Shown piece after piece: positions 33,075-44,229 of a stretch of 64,000 nt of DNA. Within the stretch, counting starts at the first letter, position 1; every line of letters begins with the position of its first letter. The notes below the pieces were generated by a model. It saw only the letters and a program-made list of their open reading frames with translations, searched no databases and was not told where the DNA came from. A program made the position numbers and the translations under genes. Source of the DNA: Amoebophrya sp. A120 (Eukaryota > Protista > Dinoflagellata); the NCBI GenBank assembly GCA_905178155.1, contig CAJINV010000004.1, positions 10,771,655-10,835,654 on the forward strand, written 5' to 3'.

Positions 33075-36000
33075 ATGTCGCTGAGTAGCAACAAGCGCAG
33101 TCGGGAGGAGGCATTGCTTGAGGATGAGGACGTATGCGAAGAAAAAAGTGTTTTACGGATACTTACTTAATACACTCCTTACGGTTACGTCGTACAACTG
33201 TGTGTGTATGTTCTTGTCTTCACACAGTAGAGCACAGCAAACGCAAACCTGTCTTGCTGTTGCTGAATCTGCGAAAGAAAATGAGCGATAATTGCATCCA
33301 TAAAACACTTTTTCTCTTGGATACGCGGTGGGCGACGAGGAGGATGTTCTTGCTGGCGGGATTCCAGAGGACCTGCCCGACGAAATCGACGAAGAGGAGA
33401 TTCTGCGCATGCTGGCGCAGGCCGACGAAGTGGAGGTCGAGCAGCTGACGGCGCAGACACTCAAGAAGACCATCCTCACACTGGAGCGGAAACTTAAGGT
33501 GAACCAGGAGCTCCGCATATCGAATGCAAATATTCTGTCTGGGTCCATGATAATGCAAAGTTTGTTACGCAAGACATACTAGACGATGCCCCATTGACAA
33601 GCTTACACTCAACAATAGCTTGATGAGAAATAGGCATTACGTTTGGTAGTTATGCAAGACAGATCGCATCACAAGTTTGCACATTTCCAGACTAGTTTGC
33701 ACTGCATACCGCATTAAACACGCCGAGGACCCGGCCGCGTTCGCCGACAGCGAGATCGAGCTATATGACCTGGTCAAACGTTACAATCTCAAAGCGGGTG
33801 CAATAGAATCTGGGTTTTGTATTGCATGACGAGCATGACAGACTCGGACAGCCTTGCGCTTTCTGCAATACATGTTGCGGTTTGGAACTCCGGAACTTGT
33901 CATGCGCAATCCTATCAGAGTTGGCTAGATCATGCACTTCTTGCATCACATCAAAATCCAGACTCTATATGCAACCATTGAGATTGTAACGTGTGAGCGA
34001 GTCATACGCTAAACGAGCAGATTCTGAAGTTGCGGGAGCTGTCGACCGCCCCGGAACTGTACGCCACGTTCCTGGAGTTGAAGGGCCTGCAGCTGCTGCT
34101 CAAGTGCATGGCGCACGTGAACACGGACATCGGGCTCTGCGTGCTGGATGTGCTCAATGCGCTCACGGAAACCGACAACTTTTCGGCCCCGCTCGCGGCA
34201 AATAATGAGCCGCCCAAGAACCTGCAGAACGGCGGGTCGTCCTCCTCCTCAAAGCCGCAGGAGACGGCGACCGACAGCCTCGAGGTGGGAGAGAAGTTTG
34301 TGGACGCGCTGGTCAAGGCAAATGTGGGCGAGATGGTCGTGGAGATGCTGTTACTCATTGCAAACGTAGGGGGATCTTGGTCCTTGTTGGACAATTTTGC
34401 ATGTACGAAGTTGTAGTAGTCACTACTAGCATGTATTGCAAAAGTTTGTGCTGCACTACTAGTGCAGCACAAATTTTTGCATAAGAGGACCTACTGGGAC
34501 TTGCATGTGCTATTGCAGGAGTCGAGAATAAGTAGAAAGAGTCACTTGACCTTGCCGATGAACTTGTCTTGCTGGTGTGTCGCAAGTTGCACGACGCCGA
34601 TACTTTTGCACAGGATAGCGGTTCAGGGTCGACGAAGCACAATCAGAGGAAGACGCTAAGGGAATAACTGACGCCTTCGGCTTATGGAAGTGTCACCAGA
34701 ATCGAAATTGACAAAATCGAAAAACTTGTGATGCACAAAATCGATGCCAATTAGACCCACAGTTTGTAGTCGGCGCATGACAAATTCTCCTCGTCCTGGA
34801 AGCGAATTTGTCATGCGGTTTAGGGCAAAAGAGCTGCCTTCTGTCATACTAGTCAGCAGCCCAACACCTAACCCTTACCAGGACTACAATCGGCCTTCCT
34901 TGCATCCTCTGCAATAGAGTCGCTTTTTGCGTAGCATTTTATGCATTACAGATCATTTCGATTTTGTCGATTTCGCTCCTGACACTCCCATACGGTTTCA
35001 TCGAAAACCTCGTAGAAATAAAACCAGACGCCATTGCCGTGTTTGCTAAGGTACTATACGTACTTACTACTCTAGGACCCTTTGTTGTGGACGCGGGAAG
35101 TGCTTCGTAATTTTCCGTTGCTCTACTTTCTTGTATTTTTCTCATACTGTAGTTGTACGAGTACTAGTAGCACCAAGGCCACGGACGGTGTGTGACAAAC
35201 TGGGGCCAGCAGTCAGGGGCGTATTTGTACTTCTACTTTTTTTGGATAGAGATGCCTATTTGTATTTCGCACACTATCAGATCAAGAAGTTTCACACGTG
35301 GCTGCTGAAGCGTATGGATGTGTCAGAGTTGAAATCGACAAAGTTGAAATAATTTGTCATGCATAAAATGGATGCCAGTTGGAGCCCAGTTTTCAAGTGG
35401 CGCATGACAAATTTCGGTGGTCCCTAAATCCAGTCTGTCATTCTGTTTAGGCAAAGAAGAGCGATTTTCTCATGCTACTTTAGCAGCTCGAGCTGTAGCC
35501 CCAAACAGGCTTACAATCGGCCTCACTTGCCTGCGCTGCTGCACACGTGCCTCGGCTCGTGCATTTTATGCATTACAAATTATTTCAACTTTGACGATTT
35601 CAAACCTGGCGCTTCCATAAAGCGGCTCCGGTCCGAGAAAGTGGACCAGAATAAGGCGTACGCGAGCGAAATTCTCGCCATTGTATTGCAGAATAACACG
35701 GACGCGCTGGTATGGTTTTGGACAACTCGCCCACGACCCCCTCGTCCGCTTCATCAGCATGTAGACAAGCAGGGCCTATCGTGGTATTATCTTGGTGTCT
35801 ACTGTACGCTTTGGCAGTATAATTCGCATGACTAGTATTTGACAGGTGCTGTCGTGAAGCACTCCAAGCCGCAGGATGCTTGAGAATTGGCCAAGCAGCG
35901 GCTCCACCTCTTTGAACGTGGTCTGTATTACAGTAGACGCAGTTCAAATCAGGGGGGCGGGGAGTTGGCCACGATCATAACCGGACAACTTCGGCGATGG

Positions 36001-38812
36001 CGTGGAAAAGCTATTGAAGGGCATCGCCGTGTACCGTAAACGAGACCTAGAAGACAATGTGGAAATCGAATACGCGGAGAACATGTTCGACTGTCTATGT
36101 ATCCAAACTGCAACAAGAATTTGTCTGGGTCTAGTTTTCTGAAGAAATGAGCTTGAACTTCGTTTTCTTGCTTATATGCCCCTGCTACCTACATAGTTTG
36201 AAATTGAAGATAACGCTAGCAACGGATTCCAGACACCACCCAAGCGCGACATGCTTTTTTCGGCCTCATTCCGCTGTAACCATCGTAATGAGAAGATGAA
36301 AAAATGAGATGATGCGACTTTCTGTTTTTTGCCCGAATTGCTGTTGTACACCTCACCTGCTGCATGCATGTTGACAGAGTCGCCTCTAATATCTTCGTTG
36401 GAATGTTGTCGGCGCGAATTATATGTACAATATCTTAAACCCTAAACCCTAAATCTATATCAAATATAAAAAACGGGTAATTTTTGCATACTTTTGCATC
36501 GAGATGAAGATTTTCTTCCCACCCGACTGAGATCGATGTCTGTTGCAAAAATGCATACTTTGCCAGCTTTTGCTGCAGGCAAAACACCAGCAGGCTTTTT
36601 GCGATGCGCAGGGCGCCGAGCTCATGGTGCGAATCATGAACCGGGGCAGCTACGCGGCCAAACTTGCGGTCAAGCTGTGCGACATGGCCTGCCGGGGACA
36701 CAAGCAGAACTGTGACCTGTTCGTTATGGCGCTCTCAACTGTTACATTCTCAACTGTTACATGATTTGTCATGCAAAATTGCCTTGACTATCAACGCCAT
36801 CGAGCTGCTTCGCATGACAAATTCCCAGACGGCCAAAGAGGCTGAGAATCTGTGCCAAATCTGTCATGCAAGACGCGCAAGGTCCTTGCTTTCACTTTTA
36901 CCATTCTTGCATCACAAATTCATGTAACAGTTCAGAATGTAACGTTTGAGAACGCCATATTCGTGGAAAAACTCGGCCTCAAACCGCTGTTCGCCTTCTT
37001 CATGCGCAAGGGGCTCAAGAAAAAGGTAATATTTTGCTAGATCTAGATAGAAGAAAACGAATCATGCCTCGTCCCACTCGAACTATAAATAATAATACTC
37101 CAACCTTCTGCACCAGGAATCACTTTAGTGGTAGTGGTGCATTTATTAACGTCCCGTAATGATCTGTTCTACTTCTAAGTTGTTTCTGCGACGTCGGACC
37201 TGCAGAAGTAGCAGTAACAAAAATGAGAAGACTAATATGATGAATGCGCTGGCCCTAGTACTTCTAGGGTAAAGCGACATTCATTCTCTCGCACCACAAA
37301 ACGAAGTAGTTGTTCTAGCCGAGTCGTCTTATAGCCTACTCCACTCCACCGATTTCGATTCCGCAAGACTTGTCGTGGAAAAGTTAAAGTATATCACACT
37401 CCTCAAAAGGATTTCGCGGAGTCGGAGGAGTATATTCTCGGCTTGATCCACAGCATCTCGCGATGGTGCTCCGGAAATTGCCAGGCCCGGTTCTATCGCG
37501 CGGAAAACTCTTAGCCACGATTTCACAGTTCGCGCAATAAAGAATAATCATGATAGAAGTAGATTCATCATGTTGGTCTCAGCATGATTTGTTGATGTCA
37601 GATTTTCCGGTAACAATTTGACCGGATTAATCATTGAATATAAAAAAATGCCTCTGGTGTAGTAGGGCAGGACCAGCAGCTGTGCTGCGGAATAATTTGC
37701 AGGCACCCGAGTGCGCAATCACACTGCGCTGCCAAAATAAATCTGAGTGGTCCTGGTGCCACGCCTTGTCCTATGTATTGTATATTGATGAAAAGGCACG
37801 GTCGTGTGTGTCAATGCAATGTTGCTAGAAGCAGGCACAGGAAATGCTGCACATGCATTTGGTAGAGCCGAAATTTGAATTTGACTTTATTGGGGATGGT
37901 GGGGGGGGGCTACTTTTTTTCCTTGCATCGCTTGATGAATAAGTTTACGGAGAATGGGTTCGAAAAGCTGCAGCGACTGTTTGAAATTCACGTCGAATTT
38001 AGCCAGAGGCTCAAGTTGGCGGATGATCAGCGGCAGGAAGGCCGGCTACTCATTGCAGAGGAGATATCACAATGAACTTTTTTCATTTGTGCTCGCACGA
38101 CAGTGAGTCGTGCCACATTCCTCATCTCCAAGGAAATCAAGGAAATATATGAAAGTCTCGATCTCCTCCACTGTTGTATACGATACCAATGTTTTTTAAC
38201 GAAGACTTAACGAGGCTGCAAGAGGTAGAAGTGTGCTGTTTTTTTTTTATATGACTTCAAGCCCAAAGCCAAAAATTCGTGTTGAGCATGAGAAATGTGA
38301 CGCGCTTGCAATATTTTTGTGCCTGATAAGAAATGGAGCTCGACGCCGAGGACATTTATCTGGAAAGGTAGAGCAATGTCTTTTTTTATTCGATGTGGAA
38401 GTTTCCGATAAAACCAGATATTTCTCATCAAACAAGCACGATACACGATAGAAACATGAAAGTTGTGCTTGCGAAGATGACGCGGAATGAAAATCAAAAT
38501 TGAACTCTGTCCTTCATGCTACTTACGCATTCTCCGTTTTGATGCAGGTGTGACGACGGTCTGGCTACCTTGCAGCAAGCCGACCTGATCATCGTGCGAC
38601 TTGCCAACATGGGAAATCGGCAACTCGCAGAAGCGGTGCAGAGCCTGTTTGGCATCAAGGGCGTACCAAAGGAGGAATTCCGAGAGACGGTCGAGGAGTA
38701 CTGTTCCCACCTCGACGAAGAGCTGGGCGCAAAAGAGAAAAAAGAAGTGCTCCGCTACCTGAAAGAGGTGGTGCCCGTGACGAAACAAGCCGGTACTGCA
38801 AATAACGCGTGA
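33075..38812 (+). CDS. CTNNBL1: Beta-catenin-like protein 1 (Prp19/CDC5L spliceosomal complex), multi-exon
   Basis: NQELR|IKH..DP..F.DSE, APELY, HVNTDI, WLLKR|L, DQNKAYASEILAIVLQ, YAENMFDCLC, F|VEKLGLKPLF.FFM, RLMNKFTEN..EKLQRL, DDGLATLQ. Confidence 0.95.
33133..33323. mobile_element. TIR intron element
   Basis: TATGCGAAGAAAAAAGTGTTTTACGGAT / ATCCATAAAACACTTTTTCTCTTGGATA; flanks GGACG/CGCGG. Confidence 0.8.
33518..33708. mobile_element. Short diverged family A intron element
   Basis: TATCGAATGCAAA / TTTGCACTGCATA; TSD CCGCA; NQELR|IKH. Confidence 0.9.
33764..34006. mobile_element. Family C intron element
   Basis: TATGAC..ACGTTACAATCTCAA / TTGAGATTGTAACGT..GTCATA; flanks AGCTA/CGCTA. Confidence 0.9.
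34352..34617. mobile_element. Family D intron element (reverse orientation) with internal hairpin at 34437-34481
   Basis: Right end TACTTTTGCACAGGATA; flanks GCTGT/GCGGT; EML|FRVDE. Confidence 0.85.
34683..34992. mobile_element. Family B intron element
   Basis: TATGGAAGTGTCA / TGACACTCCCATA; flanks CGGCT/CGGTT; homologous to 35313 and 41658 copies. Confidence 0.92.
35051..35280 (+). other. Canonical GT-AG intron
   Basis: GCTAAG|GTACTA...TATCAG|ATCAAG, in frame. Confidence 0.85.
35313..35619. mobile_element. Family B intron element
   Basis: Long TIRs TATGGATGTGTCAGAGTTGAAATCG...; TSD AAGCG; WLLKR|LRSEK. Confidence 0.95.
35711..35979. mobile_element. TIR intron element
   Basis: TATGGTTTTGGACAACTC / GAGTTGGCCACGATCATA; flanks GCTGG/ACCGG; DAL|DNFGDG. 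Confidence 0.8.
36100..36557. mobile_element. Old TIR intron element
   Basis: TATCCAAACTGCAACA / TGTTGCAAAAATGCATA; flanks CTATG/CTTTG; DCLC|QLLL. Confidence 0.8.
36725..36959. mobile_element. TIR intron element (distinct family)
   Basis: About 50-bp TIRs TATGGCGCTCTCAAC / TTGAGAACGCCATA; TSD TTCGT; CDLF|VEKLG. Confidence 0.93.
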
Positions 38813-39614
38813 ATAAAAAAGAAACTTCTTGTTCCAGTTCCTGCTTTCCGTAAAAATAGCAATGGGCATCCTCGAGCTCGTTGTACTTGTAGCGACCACT
38901 ATCCTATCGTCCAGAGGACGGTATTATATTCGACTTGGAAAATCTCGCCGAACAACACGTTGTACTGACTTTGCGCAAGCGACTACGCGTACTGAAAAGA
39001 ATTGCAATGCGTACGGAACACGATAGTACTTGTTCCCTTCACTGTACTTCTTTCACCACCCTATTTGTTCCTCTAATTCTTCATGTTCGGTGTTGACTAC
39101 ATCCTTCATGTTAGCACGCCTAGATCTTGAAGAACAGAAAGTGTCATCATCTCATGGTCTTTGGTACTCTGGTCCGCCTTGACCTCCCCGTGCACTGTAG
39201 TACATCGTTACAAGTTTCATTTCGCGCCATCGTTGCACTATGGAATCATCATCAAAGATATCGTATGAAGCATCTCCGCCAGCGCCTTCGCCCCATGCGT
39301 ACTAAAAAATTTTGGCTTTCAATATGATAAAACTAAAATTCACGACGCATTAATGTGCTGTCCTCGTGAGATTGATCATCTCTCTCTTCAATACGTTTCG
39401 CTTTTTGGCCGGCTGCAAATAAGGTGAATGAAAAAGAAAATTAAATCAAAGTATTTTCACAACTACAGTTGCCGCTGTCCTCGATGAAGCAGTTGTTTTA
39501 TTTGACGATCTTATTTGCATCGGTAGGCAAAGACAAAGTATTTACGTATTGAATAGGTGCTAACTATAGGTTAACGCATTACTTACTTATTCCAATCGGA
39601 GAGAGTAGATTTCG

Positions 39615-42600
39615 ATGGCGGACTTCTTGATTCCTGCCCCTGCGACCGGGGCGGGTGAGCTGGACGACGAGGCACAAAACGGGCGGCGCGTGAACATTTT
39701 TCTACAAACAAATAACTACCACTGGCAGATGGCCCTGCCAACCGACCGCCTGGAGAGCCGGTACGAGAAGCTGGGGCACCCGATCGGCGAAGGCACGTAC
39801 GGAACGGTCTGGAAAGCGAGGCTGCGAACAACAGGACATCTTCCCCGGGCCCACCACGGCGGAAGGAGCAGAGAAGATGCAACTACAAGTAGGAGGTCCT
39901 TCGACGTCCTGCGCGGTCGCAAAGCAGAACAAGGGCACCAGCGACCTGGTGACGTGCACGAAGACCAGCCATCGCCGCAAAGCCGCCGGGTGGAAGACGC
40001 CGGGCAGCAGCTCCTGGGAACAGATCTTCACGAAGTTGTCCCAGAGGACGAGGAGAAAACTGGAACGGCCAACATGCAGCTTTCGTCGGATGATGATCAA
40101 GATGACGAGGTGGGCGGCGATGATGAAATGGTAAAAGAAGAGGAGGAGCACAGCGACGTGCAGGCCCACCAAGCGGAAGTTGTACAGAAAGCAGAAAATG
40201 ATCTTTCCCAGCGTCCAAAGACGAGCACCCTCGAACAACATCAAGAAGCCCGTGCAGGAGCCCGGACGGCAGCTTCGCAAGAGTTGCTGCCCGTAGAGGT
40301 GAAGCAACCAGAACATCAGCAGCAGGAGCAGGAGCAGCTCCCGAATGAACAAGGTGAAGCCCACACTGCGAGCACCATCAAAAGCGCCGTTGCTCCTGGT
40401 GTGGATTTGACTTTTACTGCGACATCAAAACAAGAAGACAAGCTCAAACCCACTACAACTGGAACTGCTCCTTCCAACCGCGAGCCGGATGAAGCGAAAT
40501 CATCATCTGCGAGGACGAGAATGGGCAGTTCTTTGTTCGCCATGAAAAAGGTGAACCTGCGCAACGAGAAAGAAGGCTTTCCGCTGTCCGCGATTCGCGA
40601 GATCCGGCTGCTGCAGCGGCTGGACCACCCGAACATCGTCCGGCTCAAGGATTTATCAAATGTAAAAATGTCTGGGTCTGGAAGATTGCGAGGTTTGTCA
40701 TGCTTGTCTGGCATGACCAAAAAGTTTGTGATGCGTGTCCAAGAAGAGATCCTTTTGCCTGTCATGCAAAAACGCATTTTGTCATGCGAAAAACGCAACA
40801 CAAAGAAGCGCAGATATTTCTCATGCTTGGCTGTGCATTACAGAGCATACACTATTCCCAACGCAGCATCACAAGTTTCCAGACCCAGACATTTTTACAT
40901 TTGATAGGATTTGGTCTGGTCCGAGCAGGAGAAGCAGAACCGGTGGAAGGGGGTGGTATGACCTGCTCAGTTACAATAGAATCTGGATTTTGTCTTGCAT
41001 GATAAGCATGACAGAATCGCAGAGCATTCCACTTTCTGCAATACAAATTTCGCTAGATTATAATTCTAGTGCGGTTTGGGGCTCCGAAGCTTGTGATGCG
41101 CCATCCTGTGGGAGTAGGGTACATCATGCACTTCTTGCATCACTAACGTTTGAGATTATAACACCTGAGCAGGTTATAGGTGGTGCACCTCGTTTTTGAG
41201 TTTGTCGAGCACGATTTGACGGGCTTGCTGCTGTACCGGAAGCGCATGGTCTCGCTACCGGAAGTGAAAAACATGGCGACGCAAATCCTGAGGGGATTAT
41301 CCTTCCTGCACGGCCGCTTCGTCGTGCACCGAGACCTAGGGATTGCAAAAATGTCTGGGTCTGGAAGAGTGCAAGACTTGTCATGCAGGTTTTCCATGAG
41401 CCAGGAGGTCTGGTATGAAGGACATAGCATGACAGATTTTGCGAGAGTTCTATCATGCCTATCCTGCATGAGAAACTGCCTCTCGATTAGGTCAAAAGTG
41501 GACAGCTCCTGGTAATCATGCAACACAGATTTTTACATGATTCAGATTTAGCATGACAAGATGTTTTGTTCCAGACCCAGACATTTTTGCATTTGATAAG
41601 ACCTCAAGCTGAGCAACATCCTGGTGACGAACGGTGGCGTACGGAATTGAAGCAGTCTATGGATGTGTCAGGTTTGAAATCGTCAAAGTTGAAATAGTTT
41701 GTCATGCATAAAACGGATACCAGTTAGACCTACAGTTTGTAGTCGGCGCATGACAAATTTTCCCGGTCCTGGAAGCGAGTCTGTCATGCGGTTTTGGGCA
41801 AAAGAGCTGCCTTCTGTCATGCTAGATAGCAGTCCAACTTTTGACCCTTACCAGGATGATAATCTGCCTCCCGTGGGTCCTCTGCAATAGATTCGCTTTT
41901 TGTGTCGCATTTTATGCATTACAAATTATTTCAACTTTGACGATTTCAAACCTGACGCTCCCATACAGTCGTCTCATGTGCGATCTTCCAGGTTTGGAAC
42001 CGATTCTGGTGTTGTACTACTTGCCACTTAAGTATTAGTTTGATCGCCGTAATAAAACTACAGTAAGATGAACGAGCACGCCTAAATTTTTTTGATCACC
42101 GAGCACGTAATGGAATTGTAAATCTGTTGCATGTTCTTCTTCTTGACAAGTGTTCTGCAAAGAGAAGTTCCAGGCTCAGACGTGTTTTTCTATTCCTCCA
42201 TACGATTGCCTCAAGCTTGCGGACTTCGGGCTCAGTCGGTACTTGGAGGATCCGGCGACGTGCCCAACCGCGGTGCTGCCCCCTCTCAGCGGTACAGCAG
42301 TCGCTGCTGCGGCTACCGGTAAAAATGCGGGCGCGATCTCGACGGGGACATCTCATGCTGAAGATGACGAAGCTGCAGTACATGACGCACCTGTTTTAAG
42401 TGTAACAACGCCTGGTGAGCAGAACGTTGCTGATAATAATTTATTTTCTAATACCGGCGAGGAGACCACATCAGCCGTTCACGTCCATCCCCGCCCGCGG
42501 AGCCGCACCATCGACACGCTGCTGCCCCAGCGCACGAACCGCGTGATTACACTCTGGTATCGACCGCCGGAGCTGCTGCTCGGTTGCAAGGTGTACGAAT

Positions 42601-44229
42601 ACGAGGTAGATGCTATTCCGGGTAGATCAAACGTGCCCATTTCGCGTTCAACAACGCACAGTCGTGAAGTCGTCCGTTGTAGTTCTACTACACAAATTGA
42701 TACCAATTTTTTATGGGCGGGGGTTTGGTTAAAGTTAACTAGCATCAAAACCAAAAACCGAATGGTTCTACTGCGAGTTAAAGTAGTAGTTGCGCATCAC
42801 AAGAAGATGAAGAAATTGGCTACAACTGCGCGCCGGAGGTGCAGCAGAGGTGCTTAGCACCATCTAGCATGGCCGTCACAGCGAGCTCGTAGTAGGGCAA
42901 GTTTGGCTTTCGTAAGCGTAGGGAGTTGGAAATAGCGTATCGTGCGCTTCTTCTACAAACTGCCACGAAACGTGATGCAGGTCGTTGTAGGAAAAATGCG
43001 CATCCCCCCGCCATTCCCATCTTGTACTTGAAACGCAAGTCTTCATCATGACAGACACTAGCGCACGTCGGTCTCGGTGTTCGTTATCATCTGGCGTCAA
43101 GACTAGGAAATAACTGGAGACGAGGATATTCGGCTCGTTTGCTTTACACTGGATACTCCTCTGGTCGGCCGGGTGCGTCATTGCGGAGCTACTGATCGGC
43201 CGACCACTGTTTCCGCTGGACAACGAAAAGAAGGTGTACCAAAAAATCAGCGAGTTCTGCGGGCACCCGAACCCCACGACGTGGCCCGATCTGTGGAACA
43301 AGCCGACAATGTACCCCTTGCGTGGCGAGTACCTGGTTGGTACGGGCGGGGGCTCTGGTGTGGGTTCTGCGTATTATCATGGCAGTTTTTACGGCGGGTC
43401 GTCGCGCAGCGGGACGGCCGCTGCAGTAGGTGGAAATTCGCAATATCACTACTTGGATCAGCAGAACAAGCACAACTACTACAACAGCAACCCACAGATG
43501 AATTATAAGAATCCTCAGCAGGGCGGTGGGTCTTCATCGAGTCGCAAGCGCTCCGCCTCCGATCGGGATATTGATTATCCTGGGAGAACAATAGGTGATC
43601 TTCGTGGGCCCCCGCCACCACCTTCAAAGGACGTCGATGCTGGCGGCTATGACCACCACCAGCCTAGTACAACTAGTCGACAAGCGAGAAAAAGAAAGCC
43701 CAACAAGTACAACTACTCCCTGTTTGACATGAATCCCCTGATTCTCGACGAAAACGGGCTGCCCGTGGTGCAGACGGGGGAAGAACAACCAGCAGACGGA
43801 GAGCAAAGCGACGCAATAAATCTGGAACCCGCCTATGACCTCGAAAGTAGAACTACCCGGGCGGACCAGAAATTCGTCGCGGAGCACGAAAACAGCAGCT
43901 CCCTGTTCCACCACAGCGAAGACTTCCAGAGTGAGGACGAAGAAACGCCGTTCGAGGAGTGCTTCGGCACCGCCAATGCGGTGAAGAGCCGTTTCATGGC
44001 GCAAATGCTCAGCATGGACCCGACCAAGCGGGAGGTCTGCGAAAGGATCCTGGACCACGAGTTTTTGCGCTCGCACCAACCTCTGCCCTGCAAAAACGAG
44101 GAAATCAAACTGAACAAATTCGTGCACTGCCACGAGCGGTCAGCAATCAAAATCAAGGAGAAAGAGAAGCGGCAGCGGGAAGCCCGCGAGGAGCTGGCGA
44201 GAAAGAGGCAACGTCGCTGGGAGCACTGA
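39615..44229 (+). CDS. Cyclin-dependent kinase, CDK9/CDK12/CDKC-like; six exons, about 915 aa with long low-complexity inserts
   Basis: IGEGTYGTV, AMKKV, EKEGFPLSAIRE, HPNIVRL, LVFEFVEHDLTG, HRD|LKLSN, LKLADFGL, TNRVITLWYRPPELLLG, WSAGC, PLPC; exon lengths sum to 2748 nt. Confidence 0.93.
40654..40906. mobile_element. Family A intron element
   Basis: Perfect family A TIRs; TSD GGATT. Confidence 0.95.
40957..41178. mobile_element. Family C intron element
   Basis: TATGACCTGCTCAG / CTGAGCAGGTTATA; TSD GGTGG. Confidence 0.92.
41337..41598. mobile_element. Family A intron element inside the kinase catalytic loop
   Basis: TAGGGATTGCAAAAATGTCTGGG / CCCAGACATTTTTGCATTTGATA; TSD AGACC; HRD|LK. Confidence 0.95.
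41640..42202. mobile_element. Old TIR intron hosting a nested family B element
   Basis: TACGGAATTGAA / TTCTATTCCTCCATA; joins TNGG|CLKLADFG. Confidence 0.7.
41658..41965. mobile_element. Family B element nested in an intron
   Basis: Family B TIRs; TSD CAGTC. Confidence 0.93.
42614..43155. mobile_element. Old TIR intron element
   Basis: TATTCCGGGTAGATCAAACG / CGTTTGCTTTACACTGGATA; flanks GATGC/CTCCT; EVD(V)WSAGC. Confidence 0.8.

Noticed and set aside
18718-33713. Model in which introns are GT-AG or AT-AC using the last and first TSD bases (net +3 nt), suggested by 18723, 19059, 27530 and 33518
   Set aside because: It would give HRDDLK at 41337 and CSDGWGDR at 29588, and it fails for TSDs such as TTCGT, ATCCT and AAGCG
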